Shown: positions 32,510-42,592 of the stretch, in pieces
Numbering within the stretch: position 1 is the stretch's first letter
Layout: each line of letters opens with the position of its first letter
DNA from: a virus
DNA length: 64,000 bases
IMG/VR virus record: IMGVR_UViG_3300044971_002537
Coordinates: 64,001 to 128,000 of that record
Strand: one strand, 5' to 3'
Notes under the pieces: model-generated
Told to the model about the DNA's origin: nothing
Databases searched by the model: none
The model's input: the letters and a program-made list of their open reading frames with translations, nothing else
Made by a program: the position numbers and the translations under genes

Positions 32510-35314
32510 ATGGCGACAGTCCCTAATTATTCACAACCAGCAATCTTCTCTGAGGTAGCTACACCTACAGTCCCAGATTCTGGCTATCTAAAAGTCTATG
32601 CTAATAGCGGAGTTTTAGCCTCTATAGCAAATGGTGGCTCTGAAAAGAGGTACGTAGCAATTTCTGACAGTGGGCTTCCTATTGGGGCTTACACATTACC
32701 CACCACAGACGGGACTTCTTCGCAGGTCTTACAGACCAATGGGAGCGGCACGGTAACTTGGCAGACTGTCAGCGGTGGAGGCGGCATCACTTCTATCAAC
32801 GGCGATACGACTGCTGCTCAACTACTCACAGTAGGTACTGCCGGTACTGACTTCGCTATTGATTCGACAACAACTCCCGGTACATCAGTCTTCAACCTCC
32901 CAGATGCGTCAGCTACTGCAAGAGGTCTAGTTACTACTGGTACTCAGACATTTGCTGGTACTAAGACCCTTGCTGGCGATCTGCTGTTTACCGATGCCAC
33001 TTATGACATTGGCAAGAGCGGAGCGACTAGACCACGCGATGGATTCTTTAGTCGGAATCTGACTGTAGCGACAAGCATCTCAATCGGAGCCGCAACCGGA
33101 GGGGTATTAAACATACCCGCGTGGCAATGGGTGTCGATTGGGGGTTCGTTAGTTCGGGGAGGTGACACTGCTGATGGGGTTGGAATTTTATACATTCCGG
33201 GAGTTTCACTGAATGGTGCTATTGTTCCTTCTTCTAATATACTGAATGTGCGGAGCAGCACAAACGCCCAGACACTCAACCTATACAACACTTACACTTC
33301 AGCAACGAGTCTTGAGACGTTCAGAATCAAAGCCAACGCCGGAGCAGCCTATCAAATCGGTTCTGCTATTGGGAGTGCAGGTGGAAGTAATAGAGCGATA
33401 GAAATTGGGCACTACAGTTCTGCTGGGACGTTCACTAGTGCGCTGAGTATCGCGACGAGTGGGACTTTATCCGCTTCTGCTCCGCTATCTTTTGCAGCGG
33501 CTGGCTACATCGACTTGAGTAGTACAACCTATTCGAGAAGTAATGTCGCCATTCGAATGAATTATGGAAGCGGGACTCCCGGAGGTATTTATGGCTCAAA
33601 CGGTAACGTCGGATTTTCAGCAGCCTCATCGTTTTTCTTTGATGCTGTCCAAACTCGCTGCTGCGTGCCAAATTCAAGTGGATACGCGATTGGGGGCACC
33701 ACATCACCGTCTCATCATGTGATGTTAGCGTCTCCATCATCTGGCGTGATGGAAATTAACTCTGGAACTCCCGGAGCATACAGAGACTTGTTAGTCAGAA
33801 ACCTGACTTCAAATTCAGAAACAATAACCCAAGTTGTAGCAACTACAGGTTCCCCAACAGCCTTCACCGTCACTGGTGCAGCCCATACTACGTTGACTCT
33901 GTCCACCGAAGCCACAGACGTAAACTTCAACTTGGCCAGAACTGTCCAATTTGCCACAGGAGCTATTACTACTCAACGGGCGATGCGAATCCAAGCTCCT
34001 ACGTATAGCTTCGTAGGTGCAAGCACGATCACGACAGCGAGTACGCTGTCTATCAGTGGACCTCCAGTCGCAGGCACTAATGCGACTATCACGAATGCTT
34101 ATGCGTTGAATGTTGAGAGCGGGAATAGTTATTTCGCTGGGAACGTCCGAGCGGTTGGCTCGTCTGTGTATGCTCCATCCTACGGATTTGGCTCAGACAA
34201 CTCAGGGTTCTTTAGATCAACTTCATCTAGGGTTTTTCTTGGCTTAAATGGGAATGTGCAATACGATTTCAACTCAGGTAACCTGTGCATAAACAGCGGT
34301 TCGTATGGAGTGGCTGGAGGATCTGTTGACTCTAACAGTGCCGACGTTTTGTGGGTGCGAGACGCTGCCGGTATGTGGGCGACACGAAACGGCACTAACG
34401 TCCAATCACTAGGCATCTACGGCACATGGACATCAACTTCATCCTACGAACGTGTAAACGTCCGGGGCAAAGCCTCAGCCAACTTCGAAATCGGCCCAGA
34501 GAACGGGAGTGCCGGAGGCACTCTTAGAGGACTAACGATCGGCGGCTACTCTGCTGGCACTACCACTATTACCCCTTGGCTCACCTTCACAAGTTCCGGA
34601 ACTCCCACATTCAACCTAGGCACCCTAGTCATCCCATCCGGTGGTACAGGTCTACTGTGCCAACAGACTAACATCTATTTAGACAGTTACGGTACTCACT
34701 CCGGTATTAGATATAGAAGATCTGAAGGCACGCAAGGTTCCCCTACTGGAGTTGCCCTTAATAGCTTGCTGGGATTCGTAGCAACTTATGGCTATCATAC
34801 TGGATCTGCTTATCACTCAACACAGGGGGCTTCTATCTCCTTCTATGCGACTGAGGCATTCACCTCGGGGGCACAAGGCTCTAAGATTGTCTTTGGAACT
34901 ACCCCAAATGGTACGACCACTAATACAGTCGCCCTGACCATTGACCAGAATCAAGTGGCCACCTTCTCTAAGCTGGTCGCCCAAAGTGCGGCTGAAATAA
35001 CCAGTACGCCTTCCGGCACGACTCAAACCATAACCCTGAACAACGGAAACCATCAAACTCTTACGTTGACAAGTGCTACAGGGGCGGTCACAGCCACCCT
35101 AACGGTGCCAAGCAATGTTTCGAGCGGTACGATTATTGTGAAGCAACATGCTTCTACTGTTCGCGATATCACTTGGGCAGTTTCCGCTGGAACCATAAAG
35201 TGGATGGGGACTGAACCAGACTGGGCGGCTGACGCAGCTAGCGACATAAGAATTGTCTCTTGGAGATATGATGGATCAGTTATGTATCTTATGAGTACAG
35301 ATAAGGCAGCATAA
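32510..35314 (+). CDS. Fibre-like virion protein 3
   Basis: YTLPTTDGTSSQVLQTNGSG, LPDASATARGLV motifs; shared cassettes. Confidence 0.7.
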   Translation: MATVPNYSQPAIFSEVATPTVPDSGYLKVYANSGVLASIANGGSEKRYVAISDSGLPIGAYTLPTTDGTSSQVLQTNGSGTVTWQTVSGGGGITSINGDTTAAQLLTVGTAGTDFAIDSTTTPGTSVFNLPDASATARGLVTTGTQTFAGTKTLAGDLLFTDATYDIGKSGATRPRDGFFSRNLTVATSISIGAATGGVLNIPAWQWVSIGGSLVRGGDTADGVGILYIPGVSLNGAIVPSSNILNVRSSTNAQTLNLYNTYTSATSLETFRIKANAGAAYQIGSAIGSAGGSNRAIEIGHYSSAGTFTSALSIATSGTLSASAPLSFAAAGYIDLSSTTYSRSNVAIRMNYGSGTPGGIYGSNGNVGFSAASSFFFDAVQTRCCVPNSSGYAIGGTTSPSHHVMLASPSSGVMEINSGTPGAYRDLLVRNLTSNSETITQVVATTGSPTAFTVTGAAHTTLTLSTEATDVNFNLARTVQFATGAITTQRAMRIQAPTYSFVGASTITTASTLSISGPPVAGTNATITNAYALNVESGNSYFAGNVRAVGSSVYAPSYGFGSDNSGFFRSTSSRVFLGLNGNVQYDFNSGNLCINSGSYGVAGGSVDSNSADVLWVRDAAGMWATRNGTNVQSLGIYGTWTSTSSYERVNVRGKASANFEIGPENGSAGGTLRGLTIGGYSAGTTTITPWLTFTSSGTPTFNLGTLVIPSGGTGLLCQQTNIYLDSYGTHSGIRYRRSEGTQGSPTGVALNSLLGFVATYGYHTGSAYHSTQGASISFYATEAFTSGAQGSKIVFGTTPNGTTTNTVALTIDQNQVATFSKLVAQSAAEITSTPSGTTQTITLNNGNHQTLTLTSATGAVTATLTVPSNVSSGTIIVKQHASTVRDITWAVSAGTIKWMGTEPDWAADAASDIRIVSWRYDGSVMYLMSTDKAA

Positions 35315-35664
35315 TGGTCAGTAAAGAAGATATTTTCAAATTTTCGCCGTGTGTCGCTGCTACTCAGCAGTTAGTAGACACATGTTTTGCTGGGAGGGAA
35401 TTCCTTACCGTACCAGATATATTGGCGTTAGCCCTAGAAGATGAGTACAAATTGTGGCTATTACTACGTCCAGAACTTCTTTCTGAAGACAAATTGGCAA
35501 AGATTCGGGCAGATTTTATCGGCCTAATGAATCAACAGTGGTTAATAGATTTATCATTTTCTTGCCCAGTTTATGATATAATTGGTAAAGTGGCTAGATG
35601 TTTCGATAGGCCATACCCAGAGACATATGCAGAATTGATTAGGATAGTGGAGAGTTATGCCTAG
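35314..35664 (+). CDS. Hypothetical protein
   Basis: Translationally coupled ORF. Confidence 0.6.
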   Translation: MVSKEDIFKFSPCVAATQQLVDTCFAGREFLTVPDILALALEDEYKLWLLLRPELLSEDKLAKIRADFIGLMNQQWLIDLSFSCPVYDIIGKVARCFDRPYPETYAELIRIVESYA

Positions 35665-36166
35665 TACATCTTTCACTTCCCCAACTACTGCAACCAATGA
35701 TGCGGGCATTGGAACGACGGCTTGGACTATAACATCAGTAACAAACTGTATTTGCCCAGTCGATAAGACTACGTCAAACTACTTAGAGATGACCGGATAT
35801 GGATTCGATATACCTACAGGGGCAACCATATCAGGAATAGAGGCCACAATTACTTGCTCAAGTAGCGGGAGCGATACTCTTTACGTTCAAATCATGAAAT
35901 CAAATAATGTCGTGGGAACCTCAAAATCAGTTTTTCCTTTAGCGACAACCGCATTTGGCGATAGCTCAGATTCATGGGGGACCGGATGGACCGAAGCCGA
36001 CGTTGAAGCATCTGGGTTTGGTGTGGCTATTTGGGTAGTAGGAGGATCTAATGGGAATACAGTAAATGTGACTGGGGCAACTATCAGAATAACGTACACA
36101 ACTGGGGGCGGTGCCGCCCCCGGAAGTTCAACAAGTGGTCATTTTCTTTTTACTTGGGTCATTTAG
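35657..36166 (+). CDS. Virion protein
   Basis: GFDIPTGATISGIE motif, beta-rich. Confidence 0.6.
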   Translation: MPSTSFTSPTTATNDAGIGTTAWTITSVTNCICPVDKTTSNYLEMTGYGFDIPTGATISGIEATITCSSSGSDTLYVQIMKSNNVVGTSKSVFPLATTAFGDSSDSWGTGWTEADVEASGFGVAIWVVGGSNGNTVNVTGATIRITYTTGGGAAPGSSTSGHFLFTWVI

Positions 36167-36175
36167 GAGTTAATC

Positions 36176-36595
36176 ATGCCATTCGAAGTACCAACATCAA
36201 CATTCAACGCCGTAGAGCATGCCACCAACAAGGTGCTACGCTCCAATCAGCTCGAAGAAAGTATTCTTCAGCAGTTTAAGTCTTCTTATGAAGATTTCTG
36301 GGGAGTTTCTGGGTCAGACGCTACAAATGAAGTAGATGGCGTACAAGTCACTACTTTCACTGGTGGCGGAAGTCGCTATACGGTTGAAGAAATGCAGTCT
36401 ATTGTCACTACTTTAGGGGCTACGGCGATAGCAATCATGACAGCCGCTGGTGGTCTGGTCCAATTTATTGACGCAGCTTATCCCGGAGTTCTAGAAGATC
36501 GTTATAAGTCTGCGGCATTCGAATATACAGTTGGGGCCGGTATTACCTTGACAAAATTGGCAGATGTGTGGGCTGTGCCAGTAGACGCCCCATAA
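36176..36595 (+). CDS. Hypothetical protein
   Basis: AGGAG RBS. Confidence 0.7.
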   Translation: MPFEVPTSTFNAVEHATNKVLRSNQLEESILQQFKSSYEDFWGVSGSDATNEVDGVQVTTFTGGGSRYTVEEMQSIVTTLGATAIAIMTAAGGLVQFIDAAYPGVLEDRYKSAAFEYTVGAGITLTKLADVWAVPVDAP

Positions 36596-36641
36596 TCCCT
36601 CAACAATTTTTGCTAGCTTAGATATACTAGCAATGGTGTAT

Positions 36642-36653
36642 GCGTATTTACTA
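36642..36653 (+). promoter_or_regulatory. Putative late promoter
   Basis: GCGTATTTACTA in an intergenic gap. Confidence 0.5.
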
Positions 36654-36673
36654 TTGAATAAAAGGAAAATGTT

Positions 36674-36829
36674 ATGACAAAAGAAGAAATTCAGAACGTA
36701 GTAGTACTAATCGACGCCGGAGCGAGAGCCTTGGCTTCACAGAATCCCCTAGATAAAGCCGGTTCTATTATGGCAACTGCCCATGAGTTGTCACTTAAAT
36801 TGACCAAAATGGTGGAGGATGAAGGATAG
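36674..36829 (+). CDS. Small hypothetical protein (51 aa)
   Basis: MTKEEIQNVVVLIDAGARALASQ...; AAGGA RBS. Confidence 0.6.
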   Translation: MTKEEIQNVVVLIDAGARALASQNPLDKAGSIMATAHELSLKLTKMVEDEG

Positions 36830-36953
36830 TGGATTCGCCCATCTCATCTCTGCCGATATCTGGATCTGCAACACTTTCTCAAAATGGGGAAATGTTTACA
36901 GTTATTTTGTCCCTAAATAGGGTTATGACTTTCACTTTACAGATTGCCTACTA

Positions 36954-37256
36954 ATGTCAAGCGAAATACATGCCCTAGATTATGGGACCGAACTCCGGAT
37001 AACGGTAAAAGATGATGATGTAGTTGTAGACATCTCGACAGCTACCGGCACGGACTTCCTGATCAGAAAACCTGATGGGACGCTCCTGACGGTAGCTGCC
37101 GATTTTTATACAGATGGAACTGATGGTATACTAACGTATACTACAGTAGAAGGAGATACCGATATAGTTGGTCTCTATAAATTCCAAGCCAGAATAACTC
37201 TTGGTGGTGTTTTCTATACTAGTTGGGCGACCTTTAAAGCTCACTGTAATGTGTGA
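36954..37256 (+). CDS. BppU-N-like Ig-fold virion protein
   Basis: DYGT.LRITV...VDIS...KPDG...GILTY...G.YKFQ. Confidence 0.6.
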   Translation: MSSEIHALDYGTELRITVKDDDVVVDISTATGTDFLIRKPDGTLLTVAADFYTDGTDGILTYTTVEGDTDIVGLYKFQARITLGGVFYTSWATFKAHCNV

Positions 37257-37319
37257 GTGTCTGGCTAATTCGCCATCCACTCGTTTCGGATGTGGGCGAT
37301 CGCCCACAGGGGAGGCATC

Positions 37320-37790
37320 ATGTGGAATACTGAAATAGGCACGATTGTCAGATATCTAGTTAATGATACTGATATATCTGACCCATCCTACCCGGACGAA
37401 AGAATTGAGCAGACCATACTCGTTGCCGCTCAGCTCGTTTCTACTGAAATTGATTTTGAACAAGTCTACACAATTAATGTAGAGCGGTGTTCCATCTCTC
37501 CCGACCCAACAGAGCCATCCAGTAAAGATGATGGCTTCATAAACCTTATCTCTCTGAAAGCAGCCTGCATCATAATTGGGGCAGAATATAAGACCCACAG
37601 CCTATCGGCTGTTCGAGTCAGTGATGGCCCATCCAGTATTGATATGGGTGGTGTGGCCACCAACTTTAAGAGTCTCTATGCCGATATGTGTGAGAGATAC
37701 GAACGAACCAAATTGAACTTTGCTACGACCAATAATAATGTTGGTGAAGCTATCTTGTCCCCCTATGGATCTTATTGGAGTAGACACTAA
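37320..37790 (+). CDS. Head-tail adaptor-like protein
   Basis: VRYLVND...YPDERI pattern, GGAGG RBS, position. Confidence 0.55.
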   Translation: MWNTEIGTIVRYLVNDTDISDPSYPDERIEQTILVAAQLVSTEIDFEQVYTINVERCSISPDPTEPSSKDDGFINLISLKAACIIIGAEYKTHSLSAVRVSDGPSSIDMGGVATNFKSLYADMCERYERTKLNFATTNNNVGEAILSPYGSYWSRH

Positions 37791-37972
37791 TGCCAGATGT
37801 AGTATCATTTGCCGGTACTGGAGTCGTTTATAAGAATGGGACTGCCACAGTTTATGCTGATAAATTGGGCAATACCAAAAAGGTGAACCCAAGAGTTGAG
37901 CACAATGTGATTGTGGCACAATCTGGCATCCTCGATAGTCGTGTAGACGACAAAACCTACTACTCAAGTTAG
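37790..37972 (+). CDS. Small hypothetical protein
   Basis: Coupled 60-aa ORF. Confidence 0.55.
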   Translation: MPDVVSFAGTGVVYKNGTATVYADKLGNTKKVNPRVEHNVIVAQSGILDSRVDDKTYYSS

Positions 37973-37980
37973 GCGAATCC

Positions 37981-38439
37981 ATGCAAATTCCCGCTAACGT
38001 GTACACTAAATATGCTGAGGCTATGTCATTGTTTTCCTCTCTGGATAACTTTGGTGTGCCCTGTCAGCTAGTGTATCAGAAGACATCGCTCATAGCCTCT
38101 ACTCCTACAGAGATAAGGCAGAGGCTGACTATGTCGCCTCAGGTGGGTCAAGCGGGAATGATTAGGGGCGGCGAGGCAACCAAGTTAGTTGAAACTACTG
38201 AGGATGTGACACTTCGTGTCTATTCCGACAAGAAGAGTTTTGACAAGGTGGGAGCCTTTGAGTTCATCTCGGGCTCCTGCATGACGATAGGGACTCTCTC
38301 CCAGATGGATAATCTAAGGAGAGCTTCATTCCTAATAACTCATAGCGAATCTAATGGCGAGGCCAGACTCCAAAGGAGTGGCGAAGTTCTAGTGTGGGGG
38401 CTAAACGGGGAATACTGCGTAGCTCACTGGACTAAATAA
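37981..38439 (+). CDS. Putative head closure/neck protein
   Basis: Position in the neck module. Confidence 0.45.
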   Translation: MQIPANVYTKYAEAMSLFSSLDNFGVPCQLVYQKTSLIASTPTEIRQRLTMSPQVGQAGMIRGGEATKLVETTEDVTLRVYSDKKSFDKVGAFEFISGSCMTIGTLSQMDNLRRASFLITHSESNGEARLQRSGEVLVWGLNGEYCVAHWTK

Positions 38440-39092
38440 TGGCAAAATCCCGAATCCAAATTATTGAGTCCACCTCCTCAATATCTGCCAAGGTGCTATT
38501 TGAGGTAGTAGAGCAAGTTGACAAGAAGATGAGGAAAGCCGCCCCTCAGATTAATTTGAGAGTGGGCGAACTTATAGAGACAAGGATTAGGGCCACTCCT
38601 CATGTGAAATCTTTGATATCTGGCCAACTTCAGGCTGATTTCGGCTTGAATATAGGAGAAGCCGAAGAAGCTATTGAGTCACTCCTGTTCGTGGTAAAGC
38701 GATCAGTAAAAGTGAATCTTGGCATCAAGAATAGGGGCTCTTTGGGGAATTCGGCATGGTCTATGTCGGTCTCAATACTCCCAGATGGCTTCAGTGACAT
38801 CCTAAAAGGCATAGGAACATACCAAAGCCCCAGAAGCGGCGAATTTATTCCTTGGATGGAGTGGCTATTAACTAAGGGGACTACGATCATCTATGATGAC
38901 TTTTTCGTGGCCAAAGGGGAATTCAGGACAAGTAGGTCTGGTTTCGCCCTGATGTTCCCCTCTGGTGAAAGTGGCAAGATCTTCCGAGTTGACCCAAACT
39001 TCGCCGGAACGGCAGATGATAACTTTGTTGTTAACACCATTGCTTCTCTTTTACCGGAAATTGGCAACATAATGTTCAGTTACCTACAGTGA
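38439..39092 (+). CDS. Putative neck/tail completion protein
   Basis: IPWMEWLL..G, SRSG.ALM, FAGTADDNF motifs; position. Confidence 0.5.
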   Translation: MAKSRIQIIESTSSISAKVLFEVVEQVDKKMRKAAPQINLRVGELIETRIRATPHVKSLISGQLQADFGLNIGEAEEAIESLLFVVKRSVKVNLGIKNRGSLGNSAWSMSVSILPDGFSDILKGIGTYQSPRSGEFIPWMEWLLTKGTTIIYDDFFVAKGEFRTSRSGFALMFPSGESGKIFRVDPNFAGTADDNFVVNTIASLLPEIGNIMFSYLQ

Positions 39093-39099
39093 GGCTTGT

Positions 39100-40041
39100 A
39101 TGTCATTAAAAGGTTTTGTTAGGTTGGGGGATTCTACTCTCACCAATGATATACAAGAGAATCTGGTCTCATATTTAGACTACAACCTTCTCCAGATGGG
39201 GAATTTTGTTGATGTTCCCGTTCCATCTACGGGACTTTATGGGGGAGTTGATAGTAGGCTTCGCTTGGTAGATGATCCTCGGTATACATCTGGACAGGTC
39301 TGGGCCACCTTCAGGCCAAATCTAGTTTGGGAATCTGGAGTCGGAGCCCTAACTTCTACTAATCCAGCCTATCCGGGGGTTTCTGGGGTTCGTGTTAATT
39401 CAACTCTATATCCACCCTCTACTACTGGTACTTATGCCTATCATGTTGACCACATAAATGGGGCAGTAAGGTTTGATACAGCTATAGCCGCAAGCTCTGT
39501 AGTAGAAATGGCCTACTCCTATAAGTATGTGAGTGTTACACGCTCAGATGGGCTGGGCTGGTTTAAGCAGCTACAGGAGAGATCTGAGAGATCCAATGGG
39601 GACTTCGCCTCACAAAGTGGGATCTATGAACTCCTGCCCGAAAACCGCCAAGCTCTCCCGGTAATAGGCGTTGAATTGGCGGGGCGTAGGTTGGCCCCAT
39701 ATCAGTTGGGAGGTGGCCAATTGGTCGAAACAGATTTCTACTGCCATTGTGTGGCGGAAGACTCCTACACGCGGGATTCCCTTGTGGATGCCCTTACATA
39801 CCAATCTAAAGCCTCCATGAAGATGTATGATCTTAACGAAATCGCAGACGCTGATGATTTCCCCCTAGATTACCGGGGAGTCCCAAATTCTGGGGCAAAA
39901 ACCTACCCCGATTTGTGTAGCACATATTCTGGCAGAACCATGTATATCAAAGATGCGAAGCTGGATTCTGTATACTCGTTGGGCACCCTAAAAATTGGCA
40001 CAGTTAAAATTACCACTGAGGTAATTCATTTTGGCGTATAA
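39100..40041 (+). CDS. Putative tail terminator protein
   Basis: Directly upstream of the tail tube; LPVIGVE, PYQLGGG. Confidence 0.5.
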   Translation: MSLKGFVRLGDSTLTNDIQENLVSYLDYNLLQMGNFVDVPVPSTGLYGGVDSRLRLVDDPRYTSGQVWATFRPNLVWESGVGALTSTNPAYPGVSGVRVNSTLYPPSTTGTYAYHVDHINGAVRFDTAIAASSVVEMAYSYKYVSVTRSDGLGWFKQLQERSERSNGDFASQSGIYELLPENRQALPVIGVELAGRRLAPYQLGGGQLVETDFYCHCVAEDSYTRDSLVDALTYQSKASMKMYDLNEIADADDFPLDYRGVPNSGAKTYPDLCSTYSGRTMYIKDAKLDSVYSLGTLKIGTVKITTEVIHFGV

Positions 40042-40045
40042 ATAG
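40034..40045 (+). promoter_or_regulatory. Putative late promoter
   Basis: GCGTATAAATAG upstream of the tail tube gene. Confidence 0.55.
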
Positions 40046-40075
40046 TTAGAAGTTCCTTTTTACTGGAGAAAATAA

Positions 40076-41284
40076 ATGGCGTTTAATACAAGTTCAAATA
40101 AGCGTGTTTTTTACGCCACTCAAGGTGTTGCTATCGGCGACATGGGGGCTACTGGCGTAAAAGATGCATGGGGCACCAGCAATGCTGGAACCGATTTTAA
40201 TGGTTCCGGCAATATGATCATCATGCATGGTCTTCAGAGCCTTGGGGTTAATACCAACTTCAGTCTTGAAGCCGTGCAGGAATTGGGTCAGCTTTCGATC
40301 TATGAGAACGTGGAAGAAGTTCCGGATGTCGAGGCGACTATGGAGCGTCTGCTGGATGGCTACACGATGGCCTATCATGCTGCCACTATTACTGCTAGCG
40401 ATCCTACCCTTTCTGGCAGAGCCAACGCGAGAGCCGACCTCAGAATGATTATCGGTCTCGATACTGACTCTGCTGTAACTAGTGGTGATAGTTTGGCCGC
40501 TGAGTTGTATTGTTCAGGTATGTATTGGTCTTCAGTTAGTATCAATCTTCCGACAGATGGAAATTTCACTGAGAGCCTGACTCTTGTTGGGAACAACAAG
40601 AAGTGGATCTCCACAACTGGAACCGCCGGTATTCTACTTGGTGCTGGTGGAGTTGTCAACTCTGTCTTCGCATTCGGGGATGACTCACCTGATTCGCCAG
40701 ATAGTGGTGTCCTGCGAAGAAACAACTTCCTGACCGGATCAGACTTAGTGACTCGCGGTGGCAATAGTTTCGTTACCGTCCTTCCGAGTTTTATCACTGG
40801 TATTTCTAATAACGGACCATCCACCGGAGCTAACGGAGCATCGACCTTCAAGAATTGTGGGACAATCAATACTGCCGACGTTCACGTTCAGTCTATCAGT
40901 TTCTCAGTTGATGCTGGCCGCGAAGCGATCAACCAGCTTGGTACTTATGCCCCATACTACAGATACGTTAACTTCCCAGTCAACGTAACAACTGAGATTG
41001 AGGTGATTGCAGTTGGTGGGGACAATATCAACGCTGTCGAAGACGTACCTAGCGGTGGTAACTTGTCAAACCATACCATTCAGGTATGTCTTGATGACTC
41101 AACCGTGATTCAGGTTGGCAACAAGAACAAGCTAACTAGCGTAAGCTATGGTGGTGGGGACGCTGGTGGGGGCAACGCCTCTATCACATACTCAATGCAG
41201 AACAACAACGACTTCGTAGTTCTACACTCTGGAGACCCAATGGGGCTTGAGGCTGGTAGCTACTTTAAGTACTGGTTTACGTAG
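40076..41284 (+). CDS. Major tail tube protein
   Basis: GLQSLGVNTNF...ELGQLSIYENVE..PDVE; strong RBS; followed by a hairpin. Confidence 0.75.
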   Translation: MAFNTSSNKRVFYATQGVAIGDMGATGVKDAWGTSNAGTDFNGSGNMIIMHGLQSLGVNTNFSLEAVQELGQLSIYENVEEVPDVEATMERLLDGYTMAYHAATITASDPTLSGRANARADLRMIIGLDTDSAVTSGDSLAAELYCSGMYWSSVSINLPTDGNFTESLTLVGNNKKWISTTGTAGILLGAGGVVNSVFAFGDDSPDSPDSGVLRRNNFLTGSDLVTRGGNSFVTVLPSFITGISNNGPSTGANGASTFKNCGTINTADVHVQSISFSVDAGREAINQLGTYAPYYRYVNFPVNVTTEIEVIAVGGDNINAVEDVPSGGNLSNHTIQVCLDDSTVIQVGNKNKLTSVSYGGGDAGGGNASITYSMQNNNDFVVLHSGDPMGLEAGSYFKYWFT

Positions 41285-41312
41285 GCCTTAGCTGCGTGAA
41301 CCTTCGGACTTG

Positions 41313-41333
41313 ATGGGGGCGAAAGCCCCCATT
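41313..41333 (+). terminator. GC hairpin, terminator-like
   Basis: ATGGGGGC-GAAA-GCCCCCAT with a weak U tract. Confidence 0.55.
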
Positions 41334-41397
41334 CTCGTATAAGGACTTTAGGAGGGCGAAGCCCATCATACAGGAACTGCTGTCTAACACGACGCTA

Positions 41398-42312
41398 TTG
41401 GCTTTTAAAAAGCCGATCAGGATCGCCAATTTCTCCCCTATAGAGAAGGCTGAAGCTTCGGCTTATGCCGAAGCGGTCTACGACGAATGCTTTGAGTCTG
41501 GGTCTTTCAGTAAAGAAGAATTGGCCGATTATTTGATGGAGATTGGCCTATGGACTCAGCAGCAAGAGGAAGACTACCTTAAAGGGTTTGAAGATTTGCA
41601 GCAAATGAAAATGGATTATTTTGAAGCGTTCGCTCTGGAAACCAAACGCACGAAGATCAAGAAGGCGATCGACGCCAAAATGTATCAATTGAACATCGCA
41701 TTTCAGAAGAAAATCTACCTAAGCGAATACACTTGCGAATATGCTAGGGATGAGGCTTATGCATATTATTTATTCAGAGATAAAGACGCCCCGTTTGCGT
41801 TTTCTAGGAAATTTTTAAGTTCTAGGATGTCAGAGGAAGATATCAGGGCTTTGTATTTTGACAGTACTTGGAGAATGATATGGGGAGTTTCTAAAGACGC
41901 CAAATCTATTTTTGGGGTAAGTTCAAACCAGCTCAACGACAATCAGCTTAGTCTACTTTACTGGAGTAAGCTATACGACAATATTGGTGAATCTATGGAT
42001 GCCCCAAGTAATGCAGTCATGAAAGACCCACTAGCTGTTGATGGTTGGTTTATTAAACAGGCCAAAAAGAGAGAGACCGAAGACAAGAAAAATGCCCTTC
42101 CGGATCAGAACGCTGGGGAGGTCTTCGTTATGGCTTCTAGCCAGAAGGAGATTAAAGAGATTAATAGTCTAAATAGCGCAGAAGGTAAGCAGATTCTAAA
42201 GTCTAGGGCTAAAGATTTAGTCGCTAAAGGTGAGCTTGATGAGCGTCAGTTCTCGCACGTAAAACAAGAGATAGGCATCAAAAAGAACGAATTAAGTTTC
42301 AGAGGCAAATAA
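41398..42312 (+). CDS. Hypothetical protein, tail-assembly region (start uncertain)
   Basis: 304-aa helical ORF between tube and tape measure. Confidence 0.65.
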   Translation: MAFKKPIRIANFSPIEKAEASAYAEAVYDECFESGSFSKEELADYLMEIGLWTQQQEEDYLKGFEDLQQMKMDYFEAFALETKRTKIKKAIDAKMYQLNIAFQKKIYLSEYTCEYARDEAYAYYLFRDKDAPFAFSRKFLSSRMSEEDIRALYFDSTWRMIWGVSKDAKSIFGVSSNQLNDNQLSLLYWSKLYDNIGESMDAPSNAVMKDPLAVDGWFIKQAKKRETEDKKNALPDQNAGEVFVMASSQKEIKEINSLNSAEGKQILKSRAKDLVAKGELDERQFSHVKQEIGIKKNELSFRGK

Positions 42313-42343
42313 ATTTGCCTCAACAAGGATTGAGAGGTTAAAA

Positions 42344-42592
42344 ATGGGAAACGGGGCAGTACAACTTTATCAGGCGGTGCGGAAACGCATCATGACAACA
42401 ATGATTGGGGCTCTTGCAAGTTTGGAAGAGTTCAAAGAAATTTTTGAGGAGGATGAATATGAAGGACTAAGAAAAGACATTTTGGACAAGGGCCATTTTC
42501 AGATCAGGGAATTGGAACGGGATTTAGACGGGTACGATATCAAATACAAGACAGTTTACTTTATGCCACTTAGGAGAGATCATGGAAAATAG
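42344..42592 (+). CDS. Hypothetical protein
   Basis: GAGG RBS. Confidence 0.65.
   Translation: MGNGAVQLYQAVRKRIMTTMIGALASLEEFKEIFEEDEYEGLRKDILDKGHFQIRELERDLDGYDIKYKTVYFMPLRRDHGK

Noticed and set aside
27438-35314. Diversity-generating retroelement template/variable repeats
   Set aside because: Differences between copies are mostly synonymous and not adenine-specific, both copies are coding, and no reverse transcriptase is seen.
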